Of a stretch of DNA of 64,000 nt, positions 29,520 through 42,829 are shown piece by piece. The notes beneath the pieces were generated by a model that was not told the origin of the DNA, searched no databases, and saw only the letters and a program-made list of their open reading frames with translations. This stretch comes from Chrysomallon squamiferum (Eukaryota > Animalia > Mollusca). The DNA is taken from contig CM022676.1 in the NCBI GenBank assembly GCA_012295275.1, forward strand, positions 6,820,001 through 6,884,000, read 5' to 3'. The stretch's first letter is position 1, and each line of letters begins with the position of its first letter. The position numbers were made by a program, and so were the translations under genes.

Positions 29520-31894
29520 TTTTGCAATTACATACATCTGTGACGACAATAAAAAATTTACAACCAAATATAATGTTTGTGAGTCTCTCCAAATAATGTT
29601 ATGAACAACATTTATTATTTTATTAGTAAAATAAACATAAATATGAAAATAATGTTTTAAAACTTAATGACAGAGCTTATTTTTTAACAACAGACATCTA
29701 AAAAAAAGTTATTGCTGTTGTTGTTGTTGTTGTTGTTATTTGTTAATATTATTTTGATAATTTATTTTATTTTATTATATTTATTATTAGTATTAATTTT
29801 ATCATTGTTATTGTTATTATTATTATTACAATTATTAATATTATTACTGTTATTTTTATTATTATTAAATATAACATATTATTCATCTGTAATTATTTAT
29901 ATTTCGACTCTCTTAGTTACGGATTGCTTGGTCCCAGTGGTTGTGGCAAGACTACTCTTCTGAGGTGCATTGTGGGAAGACTTGCTGTTGAAGGTGGTCG
30001 TGTGATTGTTCTTGGAAATGTTCCTGGTGCTCCAGGTCATGGTATTCCTGGTAAACAAGTTGGATATATGCCTCAGGTAAAAGAAATTAAAATTAAAATT
30101 AAAATATTTCTCCTAATTAGTTTTGTAGGTGGTTCCACTTGTGATGATGGTACAAAAAGAAAAGCATAACTAACAAGATATGTAGCTCATAAAAAATAAT
30201 AGTTTCCAAAAACCGAATCATAATTAAAAGAATATACCTCATAAAACAATAATATTTACCAATAACCCACTGATAACTAATTGCGAATATTCTTTAATTA
30301 TAAAACATAATTATAAACTTTATCTTTTCTCTTGTTACATTTACTGTGCTAAGTATTAATTCTCTATTTATTTATTTATTTATTTGTTTTGTTAATTTTT
30401 TTTCTTTAGGAAATTGCACTGTATCAAAATTTTACAATCAGTGACACGATGCATTTTTTCGGACACATGCATGGAATGACAAGAGCACAGATAAAACAGA
30501 GACTTGATTTTCTTTTAGACTTTCTGACACTTCCCAGGAAAAATCAGCTTATCGAACAACTTAGGTCAGTATTAATATCATCATCATCATCATCATCATC
30601 ATTATTATTATTACATACCATAATAAATCTACAAATTCTGGCACTTATTAGAAAATACAGCAAGCATAAAATATTAACAGTCACATTATATGAGTTATTA
30701 TTTTTTATTATAATCATGTTTTTATTGATTCCAACCCCACTTATTTTCATTTTTTAAAGATATTTTAGAATAAATTTTGCATTAGAAAACCATACACCAT
30801 TTTGATAGAGAGATGGTTAAATGTTCGCAAAAGCTTATGTAACGTATATTCAATGAAGGTCAGAATCTCATGAATATTTATGAGGATTGGTAGCTCATGA
30901 ATATTTATTAACTAATAGTGAAGAGTGACATACATTTCTATAACATGAATATTTCAGTTGCCACACCTCATGAATATTTATTTCTGTCTGATAAAGTTCT
31001 CTGTCATGAATATTTTTTCTAACATCCAGTATCTCATGAATATTTATTTGTTTTCAGCACAGGTGTCTATTTCTTGAATATTTTATTATATTAAAATTGG
31101 CTGGTATGATTAAATGATCAAAATATATTTAATGTGGTGCCTAAGTACTTTTAATTTTTATTTTAAGTGGTTATCAGTTAAAATTAATAACGTAAAATGA
31201 TCAAACAATAATAATAATAATAATAATAGGTTATAAAACTGAATTTCAATTAATCTATGAAATTTTTTCATACAAATAAATTTTACAAATGTTAAATATA
31301 GATATGGATTTGTATATTATAATTATTACTATTATATAATTATATAACCTTACAATGTAACAAAAAATAAAATGTTGAAACCATTATTTCCTTTCGTACA
31401 AGTAAAATTACCTTTTATTTTTTTTGGCAAAGAATAGTCACCACAATTCAAATAAAATAATGATCAGGATGTAGCCATATCTCATGAATATTTATTAACT
31501 TGCAGTGGAGGTTAGAAACAATACTTTTCAATGGCTGCTGCTCTTCCTCAGGAACAATCTGACAAATAGAGCTGTATCTTATGAATATTTATTTCCTTGC
31601 AGTGGAGGTCAGAAACGACGCGTTTCATTGGCTGCTGCTCTTCTTCAGGAACCAGAACTCTTGATTCTTGATGAACCAACTGTTGGTGTTGATCCTGTCC
31701 TTAGAGAAAGGTTTACAAAAAAATTAAAAATTGTTAACATTTTGAACATTTACATTTGTGCCTTGTCATAAGAGGTTTAAATTTTTTCTGTTTAGATTTA
31801 AATTCTCTTTTCAAAAACAAGTTTTAGTTCATTTTAAGTTATATTGCACATATTAAGTTTTATATATATATATATACTTTTGGGCATCCTGTTT

Positions 31895-31931
<37 letters not shown>

Positions 31932-31953
31932 TGACTGTGTATCTGTGTGTGTG

Positions 31954-31988
<35 letters not shown>

Positions 31989-34900
31989 TTTCCTCATTTA
32001 GAATTTGGGAGCACTTACTAGAAATAGCTCAGAGTATGACTAAGACAACTATCATCCTTACAACTCACTACATAGAGGAAGCCAGGCAGGCTGACTGTGT
32101 AAGTCACAGAATTACTTTTTTAACTTACACGACAGAAGAGTTACAAAAGGGAGATAACTACAAAAACAAGGATCAGTTGTAGATGACACAGACCTTTTGT
32201 TTTTGCCAGTAATTTAATTAATGCACATTAATGGCAGTCTGTAATTTAATTATCACCAGATTTTTTTTAATTCTTATCATCTTTTCTTGGAAACTTAATT
32301 TGTTTTAGGTTTATTTTTTATTTCTGTTAGGTGAGCATTAATATTTATTCCCATGCTTTTCATGGTATTTCATTTCTGCTTTCCTTGTTTTTTTTAATTA
32401 TAAAAGAATACATATTGTTATAAGAACAATATTATCATAAACATATCATATTACTATTAGTAAATGTCAAATATAAAAAAAAAATAATAATATATATATG
32501 AAGATTTTTATTTAGATACACATAAATTAGTAGCGAAACCCTCAACAGAGTAAAAAACAGTTTTATAAAGAGAATTGAAGTATGTATCAATGCAGAGGGC
32601 AAGCAATTTGAGCATTTGTTATGATTATTATTAATAAATCTTTTATTCATATGTATCTAAATAAAAATCTTCATGTTGCGTGACTTCTGGGACACCGTAT
32701 ATATTTTTCTTTGTGTATATATATATATATATAACAAAGAATATAAATTAATAAATAATTAATTAATGTTAGAATATATTATACATCACAAGGTAATTAT
32801 TTCTAACATTAATTAATTATTTATTAATTTATTTTCTTTATTTTTGTAAATCTGGTGAGAGCACTACTTCCATTTACATTGTAAGTTACAAATAAATATA
32901 TAAAAATAAATTACATTAATTAAATTTTGTTTTTATCTGGTCAACTGTATCCTGTATCAGAAGGCATATCTGTCTTGCATTTTTGACAATTAAATTATTT
33001 ATATATATAAAATAATTTAAATTTTATTTTAGGTTGGGTTGATGAGAGGGGGGAGGCTTCTTGCAGAAGATAAACCTGACGTACTGATGCAGCAGTATTC
33101 TATGAATGTAAGCTCATATTGTTGTTGATGCTGATGATGATGTTGATGTTGATTATGTTGTTGTCTTATTATTACTGCTACTGCTTTTACAAGTACTACT
33201 GTTATTACTACTACTGCTGATACTTCTGCTGCTACTACTACTACTACTACTACTACTACTATTTACAAACAAAAGAAGCAAAGGAATTAATTTGCTATAT
33301 ATTTTAAACCTCCAATTTATGTCTAAACATCCAATTTATGTATATTTTATTATTAAAAACTATTTATTTTATAACCTTTATTCATATAAATATTATTTTT
33401 TTAATTATTTTTTATTTTTATAGCCTATATTCCACTATCTGGAGTTATCATATATAAAAAAAATAATTGATCCATAATATATTTAAACTTCCTATCCATA
33501 TAAAAAAAATTAAATTAAAAAAATTAAAATCCAGAATTACTATTTATGAAATAAGGAATTCACCCACAATATATTTAGCCATTTAATTAATACCACCCAA
33601 AGTTTTTACTTTTTAAAATTAGTATTTTTTTTATTTATAAATAAACAAAGAAATTAATCCATGTCTTATTTAGACTTCTTATTCATATGAAGTTTTCTCT
33701 TTTTTCTTTTTTTTAATCTTTTTTAAAATTATTGTAATAGTCTTTATTACTCTATGCTGAATTATCATTTATAAACAAAGAAATTATCCACAATATATTT
33801 ATACCTCTTAGTCATTTTTTAAATTATTTCTTTTATAATAAAGTCCCTATATTTCTGACAGTAATGATTATTTATAAACAAAACAACTGATCCTCAACAT
33901 ATTTTAGCCATATTAATTCATATAAACTTTATTTTTTAAATTTTTAATTTTTTTAGAGTCTTGAGTCTGTGTTTCTTCATCTGTGTCATAGAGATCAAAG
34001 AAACGATGATGATGAACTCAGCTCAGAGCCTGTGATGATACAGAACACTACAAGTGATACTCATGTGTACCATCGCCATGTAAGTAAATTATTATTTTTT
34101 TAAATTGAGTGTTTAGTGCACAAAGATTTACACCGGTAAAGATTCTTAATCTGTCGATTTGTGACTAAATTGAAAATGGTTGACGTTTATTATGTGATAT
34201 GAAGAGAAAAAAAATGGTTAACACCTTTTAATAGTGGCTTAATGAATTTAATTTTTGGATTTTTTAAAACTTTTTATTTTTTATTTTTATATTTATTTAT
34301 TTTTGCCTATCGGTTATTTTCAAAGAAAGATTTGAGAAGGCATCAAGTAAGTGATACAAGGATAAATATTTTAATATAAAAAATACAAGATGGATATGTC
34401 TTCTGATACAGAATATAGCTGACAAGTTAAAAAAAAATTAATAATAATAAAATAAAAATAAAAATAAAAAAAGGAAATGAAAAAAGATAAATTTTACGGT
34501 ATTTAAATTTTATAAACATAATTGTACAGATTTATTTGTGTCTCATGTTTTATTAAACTGATTGGATTTTTGTATTATTTATTTTAGTGTTTGCAGTTGT
34601 TTCTCTTTAATTTAGTTTTATTCCTTATTTTTTTGGTAGTTTTTTTTTAGTTGATTTTTTGTTGTTGTTTATTTTTAATTTATTTATATATTTATTTATT
34701 TATTTATTTTTCCTAGGCTTCACAAAAGTCACTGAATGAAAGAACTCCACTTCTTGGCAGTAACCCAGTCGAAGATGTCAAAAATTCAAACCAGAAAAAT
34801 GTCATGTTTGAAGGTGAATATTTGTTATATATTCTTGAGAAATAATAATAATAATAGTAGTAGTAATAATAATAAGAAGAACCTATTCAGAAAATTTTTC

Positions 34901-35813
34901 ATTTGATGGTGAATATTAACTGAGCTATTTAGTTAAGATAAATAATAATAACAATAACAATCATAATAATAACAGCAACAGCAGCCACAACAATAACAAC
35001 AACAACAACAACAAAAACCTAATCAGAAAAAATGCTCTGTCTAAAGATGAATGTTAACTGATGCATTTCGTTAAGATAAATAAAAATAAAAATATAATCT
35101 GACTATTTTATTCTTTATATTTCATTATCATTTTAATTTATTATTTTTAAAATTTTTATTTTCACAGATCCACCAGTTCACATGGTTGATGGTTGTGTTT
35201 GTCCATTTTTACCAAGATTTAGAAACATTGCAGCAGTTTTTGTCAAAAATGTCACAATACTTAAACGGAATATTGGGTTAGTAATAAATGACTATCTGAT
35301 TTAGAGTTTATTTATTTATTTATTTATTTTTATTATTATTTTTTTTAATTTATCTCCATCATCCAAAGATTAATAATATTATTCATTTGCTTCTGGATTT
35401 TTTTTCTTTTTAATGTTTTTTCTTATTACTTTTCTGTTTCTTTATAAATTTTCTTTAATTTATTTATTTATTTATTTTTAGTTTTCTTCTTGTTGTTCAA
35501 ATACAAGATAAATATTTAAAATTCATAAAAAAAATATACATGTATCTACATTTAATAAATATTATTAATTTAAAATTTTAAAAATGTATAATATTTCATG
35601 TACCATTATATTCATTAAAAACAAAAATCTATTTTCAGATTTTTACTTTTTGAGTTCATCCTGCCATCCATTCAAATTGTGTTGTTTTGCCTATGTATAG
35701 GTCGTGACCCATTTAATTTGCATATTGCTGTTGTCAATGCTGACACTGGTGAAATTGGAAACAATTTTCTATCCTACATTGACAATAACACCATTCATCA
35801 GGTAGATTTTTAA

Positions 35814-35852
<39 letters not shown>

Positions 35853-36629
35853 ATAGATGATCATTTATTCAAAAATCTGCAGAGATAGATATTACAGTTT
35901 AGGTAGTGTGTTTTTAAAAAAACAAAAAAAACTATTAAAATAATAAAAATTGATCAATAAAGGTTATAATATATATAAATTAAAAACACATATATTGTAC
36001 ACAAACACACACACACACAACCACACATATGCACATATACACACACATACACATTGTAGATAACACATAATACAGACACACACACACACACACACATACC
36101 ATATGCACAATACACACTTTCACAGAAACAAACACATAATAAATTTAGTAATAAATTTATAATTATATGTAAAACAGCAGAAATGTCACAAAATACTTGC
36201 ATATTTAATTTATTAATTGTTAGTAAAGAATAAGTTAAATAAAATAATTCCTAATGAATCATTGTTTTCTTATTCTCCCAGTTTTCATACACAAATCTGA
36301 CAGTTGCCATAGAAACAGTGAAACAGGGAGACAACTGGGGGGTGATTGCCATGGGACAAAACTTTTCTACTGATATTGTGAAAAGGTGGTGAAAGAAATT
36401 TAAAAATAATAATGATTATTTATTTATTTAAGAGTATTATTGTTCATAAGTATATTTTTATGTTTTTTTTTTTTTAAATTGTTTTTTGTTAATTATATTA
36501 TTTTTTAAAATATTTAATTTATTCATGAATTTTCTTTATTAATTAAGGCTTCTTATTTCTTTATTTATATGTTATTTTGTGCATGCCATAATAAAAATAT
36601 ATTTTATTTCTTTTTATCTCTTATTCTGT

Positions 36630-36718
<89 letters not shown>

Positions 36719-37759
36719 TCTCTTTATGACACAACAAATATGAATATTTGCATAAATCTGCACACCCAAAATTTGATTTGATACATATTTCTCTGTAATT
36801 ATTTTAAAAGATCTTTGTTTTCACAGAATCCCTAATTTGAAATACAGATTCTCACATATTTGTATTACGGAATTTTTTATTTTATTTCTTAAATTTTTCA
36901 CAGATTCATTGAAGGGGCTCGTGTTGACAATGCTACTCTGGAAGGCAGCTCCATCAGGGTTTTTCTTGACATGACCAGTGAGTGAGAGAATACTAAAATA
37001 TTCATCAGTTATAAAAAATAGTTAATCTTATCACTACCACTGTGAATCCCAGCTTCTAGGTTCAAAACTTAGAAGTAGACAGTCATCAAGCATGGATCAA
37101 GACTTTTTAAAAAATGTGATACAAAATAGCCAGAGATTCTGTTAAAACTAAATTTAATATGACTTACAAAACAAAAATTTGAATGTGGTTGAAGTAACTG
37201 ATATCCAGACATTGTACAGGACTGATGATAAAAAGGAACTAATGAAAAAAAAAAATTGATTATCTTGCAGCTCTGTGTGTTGCCAGTCTTGATACAAGGG
37301 AGATAACAATCATGATTTATATTTATTATTTATAATAATAATAATTATAAACATGTTGTTGTTGTTATGACACTTTAGTATGGTTCAGTATGTTTGTTTA
37401 TTTACTTACTTACTTATTACAGATCAGATGATAGCTACTATAATTCAACAGAAGTTATCGAGTGCATTTCAAACCTTTGTACAAGACATGCTTTCAGAAC
37501 AGCACTTGAACCCAGAAATGGCCAGCCTACCCATTAAAGTATGTTTAATTTATTTTTATTATTATTATTATCATTGTTATTAGAAGCAGTATTAGTAGTA
37601 GAAGTAATAATAATAGCAGTAATAGTAATTGTAGTAGTAACTGTAATAGCAGCAGTATTTATAACAATAGTAGTAGCAGTAGTAATAATAGATAAAATAG
37701 TAGTAGTAGTAGTAGTAGTAATGTTTTGTAATCATCGATTTGTTGTTGTTACTACTATG

Positions 37760-37829
<70 letters not shown>

Positions 37830-39653
37830 ACAGTTCATATTATTGTACACATGTCTGTCTATCTTTACTGATTTTATTTACATTTTTAAAATGTCAAATA
37901 CACAGATTTATTTTTGTTGTTTTTCATGTTTGTCGACATAATTTTACTTTTCTAGATTGAAAAGCCTGTGTACGGGAACATTCACCCAAGTTTTACTAAT
38001 TTCATGGCACCTGGGGTTATACTCAGGTAAAAAAATATATATATTTTTTTTTTAATAAATAATTTGAATAATTCTGATATTTAGATATGTTTTATATATA
38101 AACACACACACACACATGCACACACACACAGACACGCACACAGAGACATATATATGCATACATATACATATACATATACAAACATATATAGATATACATA
38201 CTATATAATACATACATATATGCATATATGCTTATACGTATGTAAGATAATTAAATTATGCGTAAGTCAATACTAGTAGTATTTTATATAAATATGTTTG
38301 ATCTGTTTTGCAGTATAACATTTTTCATGGCCACTGGGTTGACCACTGTTGTGTTTATCACTGAAAAACGAGAAGGTCTTTTAGACAGAAGTCAGGTGGC
38401 AGGTAAAAATATTAATTATTAAAATACACCTGTGATTTAGTCGAACAAACAGGTAATTACATTTAGTACAGGTGTCGTTTTGTCTGTTTGTAGGATCTAA
38501 AATTTGCTGATAATAAATGTTTAAGCTGTTCATTGAATATAATCTTTGGTAATAATAAATTATATAATGTTTTGTCTGTTTGTAGAAACTAATGTTTGTT
38601 AATAATAAATGTTTAATCAGTTTATAGAATGTAACCTTTCATAGCAATAAATATGTAATACTGTTTTATCAGTTTATATGATCTGATCTTAGCTAGTAAT
38701 AAACATACATTGTTGTTTAATCTTTGATAATAATAAATCTAATAATGTTTTGTTTTTTTATCAGTTTATAGAATTCTCTCTGTTCTGTCCAAAAGTTTTA
38801 TCTGTTTATAAGTTTGTTAAATTGTTTGTTTATTTTTTTGTTTATTTGTTTGTTTATGTATATTTATTTATTTATTTATTTATTTCAGGACTAACAACAC
38901 TAGAAAGTATGATAGGACATATCTGTACACAGTTTCTTGTTCTTATTGTACAAGTTGCATTACTTCTAGTTTTTGCAATTGTTGTGTTTAAGGTCAGTAT
39001 TATTTCCTTTTCATCTCAAATGTTTTTGTTGTTTTGTTGTTTTTTCTTCATTCTTTCTTTTTAATTTTTAAAGTAGGATAGTTCACAGAATCTGGGGATT
39101 GTTCACATTAAAACTGGGACAGGTTGCACAAAACGAATAGTTCACACAAAACGGACAGTTCACACAAATGGGTAAATTCACAAAACTGGGACAGTTCACA
39201 CAAACAAAAAAAAAAAAAAAAAAAAACATTTTGTAAAGTTTATTGTGACAGATCCAAACTACTTGTTGTTCCAGATGTCTTTCTCAGAAAAACAAATACT
39301 TCATTTTCCTTCCTTTTAGGTGCCATATTTAGGTCCCCTCATCTGGGTGATCATTTTGGTTCTGTTGCAAGGTTTCTGTGGGATGACTCTAGGTAACACA
39401 TTTTGATACAAATACTAGTAATAGTAGTAGCAGTAGTAGTGGTGGTAGTGATATTACTAAAGTAGTGGTACTAGCAGTAGTAGTAGCTGAAGTAATGTTA
39501 TTAGTACTGTACTAGCATTAGTAGTTGTAATAGAAGTAGTAACTGTGGTAGAGGTGGTAGTAATAGTAGTGGTAATAGTTCTGTAGTTCTAATGGTAATA
39601 GTATTGATAGTAGCAGTAGCAGTGTTGGTAGTTGAATAGTAGTAGTAGTAATG

Positions 39654-39686
<33 letters not shown>

Positions 39687-40023
39687 AGTAGTAGTAGTAG
39701 TAGTAGTAGTAGTTGTAGTGGTAGTAGTAGTAGTAGGAGTAGTAGTAGTAATGGTAGCAGTAGTAGTAGTAGTAGTAATGGTAGTAGTAGTAGTAAATAA
39801 TAAAAGTAGCAGAAGTAGAAACTTACTAGTAATAGTACTACCAAAAGTAGATATGGTATTTCTACTATTACTACTGTTTTAACCAATGTCAGCATTAACT
39901 TTTTTCAAGCTTATGAATAAGTAATTGTTTTTATTATATTGTTATTTATTATTATTATTGTTATTATTATTATTACTACTGATATCATTATCATTATTGT
40001 TATTATTATTTTATAGTTATCAA

Positions 40024-40080
<57 letters not shown>

Positions 40081-40858
40081 TACTACTACTATCATTGTTG
40101 TTGTTGTTGTTGTTGTTATTATTATAATTATTATTTTTCAGGTATGGTGTTTTCTGTGGTTTGTTCAAGGGAGGAGTCTGCTATACAAATGGCTCTAGGA
40201 TCAGTGTACCCCATGTTACTTCTTAGTGGTAATCTATTTTTTATTTTATTTTCATTTTAATTAATTACTTTATCTGTTTATATTTATTTTATATTATTAT
40301 ATTCTTTCTTTCTTTTTTATTATTATTTCTTTTTTATTTTTTATTTATTTTTATTTATATTACATTTTATTTTATTTTATTTTATTTTTTTTTATTTTTT
40401 TATTTTTTATTTTTTTATTTTTTTTATTTTTTTTACTTTTTTTTTTTTTTTTTTTATGTTTTTATTTTTTTATTTTTTTTACTTATTAATTTTATCTTAT
40501 TTTTTTTATTTATTTATTTATTTATTATTTTAATACTTTTTTTTTTTATTTATATATATATTTATTTTATTTATATTTTTTTTTTTTTCCAGGAATTATA
40601 TGGCCTATAGAGGCTGTTCCAGACTGGTTACATTATATCAGTATTATACTACCAATGACTTATGGTTCACAGGCTATGAGATCTATTCTTGGTAGAGGTA
40701 GGCCTTACTTTCTTGTTTTTTCTTTTTTACATTTATATTTATATATTTCTTTATTTTTATTTTTAATTTGTTTAGTTATTGAAAGATTTAGTTATTTTAT
40801 TTCTTCATTTAAATTTATCTATTTTATTTATTAATTAATTTTCTTATTTATTTAATCG

Positions 40859-40889
<31 letters not shown>

Positions 40890-41261
40890 GGTTTTTTAAT
40901 TTAGTTATTTATTTGTATTTATTTTATTTGTTTGTTTATATAAATCTGATTATTGTTGTTTTATATATATATTTTAATTATTTATGTTTATTTCTTTTTA
41001 ATTATTATGTTTATTTCTTTTTATTATTTATTTAAATCTTTTTATTTTTTTAATTTAATTATTTATCTATTTATCTATCTATCTATCTATCTATTTAATC
41101 TGTCTATCTATCTATCTATCTATATATCTATCTATTTATTTATTTATTTAACAGGCTGGGACATCACAGCTCTGTTGGTTTGGCGAGGGTATTTAGTTAC
41201 TATAGGCTGGAGTGCTGTGTTGATTATCATATCAGCCATCATTCTTCGACTGAAGAAGTGA
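28350..41261 (+). CDS. ABC half-transporter, subfamily H type (NBD then TMD; often auto-annotated ABCG20/23-like), about 714 aa
   Basis: 20 exons: 28350-28477, 29917-30076, 30410-30564, 31603-31710, 32002-32098, 33033-33107, 33957-34079, 34717-34813, 35168-35276, 35639-35801, 36282-36385, 36904-36977, 37423-37538, 37956-38026, 38314-38402, 38889-38992, 39320-39392, 40142-40228, 40593-40697, 41155-41261. Total 2145 nt, phases consistent. Motifs: Walker [16 protein letters not shown]-loop VGYMPQE, signature [10 protein letters not shown], Walker B/D-loop [14 protein letters not shown]-loop [11 protein letters not shown] has ABCH-typical [25 protein letters not shown] and a large extracellular loop after TM1. 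Confidence 0.95.
31473..31556 (+). pseudogene. Decayed tandem duplicate of the ABC transporter exon-4 acceptor and 5' part (pseudo-exon)
   Basis: CTTGCAGTGGAGGTTAGAAACAATACTTTTCAATGGCTGCTGCTCTTCCTCAGGAAC versus the real CTTGCAGTGGAGGTCAGAAACGACGCGTTTCATTGGCTGCTGCTCTTCTTCAGGAAC 97 bp downstream; CAG>TAG stop at 31513-31515. Confidence 0.9.
32736..32839. repeat. Long AT-rich inverted repeat in ABC transporter intron 5
   Basis: Perfect 32-bp arms 32743-32774 and 32801-32832, extendable to about 39 bp with one mismatch; 26-nt loop. Confidence 0.85.
39075..39205. repeat. Short ~18-20 bp tandem repeat
   Basis: Units like AAACTGGGACAGTTCACACA, about 7 degenerate copies. Confidence 0.75.
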
Positions 41262-42829
41262 AAATGTCAAAATATTTGTTAACACTGGAAATTAAGTTCT
41301 GTATCAAGTAAGCATTCAAAAATAAATAAATAATGAATTGATTGATAATAATAAATAAATAATTTAAAAATATTGTCAGGTTTTGTATTAGTTCAGGTAA
41401 TGACTTAATGTATGTTATATATACACACTTGTACAAAAAGGACAGAGAGAGTTACTGAGAGACAGAGACAGTGTGAGACAGAGACAGACAGAGAGACAGT
41501 TGGGAGGGACAGAAAGAGACAGATTGACACAGAGAACAGAAATAATGAGAGTGAGAGAAAAAGACAGGAAGAGAAAGTGATGGATGGAGAGAGAGAGAGA
41601 GAGAGAGAGAGATTGAGAATTGAGATAGAGTGAAAATGAGACAAGATAGAGAAAGACCATAAAAAGAACTGCCCCATGTCAGACAGAGAGACTGACCCTC
41701 ACACACACACACACACACGTATATCACATATAACATTGATTTTCTTTATCAGTATGCTACCTCTAAGTCCTATTTTATTTTGTTAGATATCTCAGTTCAT
41801 TTTTCATTTTGTTATTCACAACTTTTAATTTTTATTAAATTATTGTTTTAATTTCATATTTCACACATAAATTCAGTTTCATTATTTTTCTTTTTTTTCA
41901 GGTGCTGAGAAATGGGAAAAAAATCTCAAGACTAAAGAGGCTTTGGTTTTTAAGTCAAATATAAAAAATGAAAATATATTTTTTTTAATTTAATTGGCAT
42001 CAAGCAAGTTATATAACTAATATTTACCAAACACACATTCTCTATCATCAGGAGCTCAGGACTGGGAAATTATTTTTTTCACAACTGGATAAACTCTGGG
42101 TATTTTAATATTCAGTTGATGTTGAGAAACCAAATAACCATATACAGCTTCATTTCTGGAATATTCTGATAGTGTGATATTCTGAAGATTTTTATCTATC
42201 TGTCTGTCTATCTATCTATTTATCTTCTTCTTTTTTTTCCTTTTTTTTTTATTCTTTTAATACCCCAACTGTATCAGTTGTCTGATTTCATGAAAAAAAT
42301 CAAATCCATATTTTTACATTACAAGCAGTATTTTTTTAACCAGTTACAATTTATCAAGATCGGTGTTTCCTAAAGCCATATATGCTCATCAGTATTGTGT
42401 GAAATCTTCAAACAATGGTTGTTCTATATGCAAAGGTCTGAAGGCCATGTTGTGTTGAAGTTTAGGGTTTAAATATTCAGGAATTATTGCTACATTTTTA
42501 ACCAGATTGTATATTTATTTTGCTATAAAGCAGTAGCTATATATATATATATATATATATTTTATTTTTATTTTTAATTTTTTTTAACCAAATAATCATG
42601 ATTTTCAAAATATTTTAAAATATTTTTCTCTTGTTCTAATTTTTATTTTTTTAATTGTGTGTGTATGTGTGTATTGAAACAGACTCAAATAAAATGGCAT
42701 CATATAAAATCTTAGACAGATTTAGCAGCAGGAAATAAACATTCCTTTTAAATATATATATTTAATTTTAACATTTTACTTTGTGATTACATTTTTAACA
42801 TTGGAATCATGTATTAAATACACAGTTAC

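Noticed and set aside
36303-36316. Perfect X-box GTTGCCATAGAAAC
   Set aside because: It lies in ABC coding exon 11 (codons VAIET) and is explainable by coding constraint. It also shows such matches can arise by chance.
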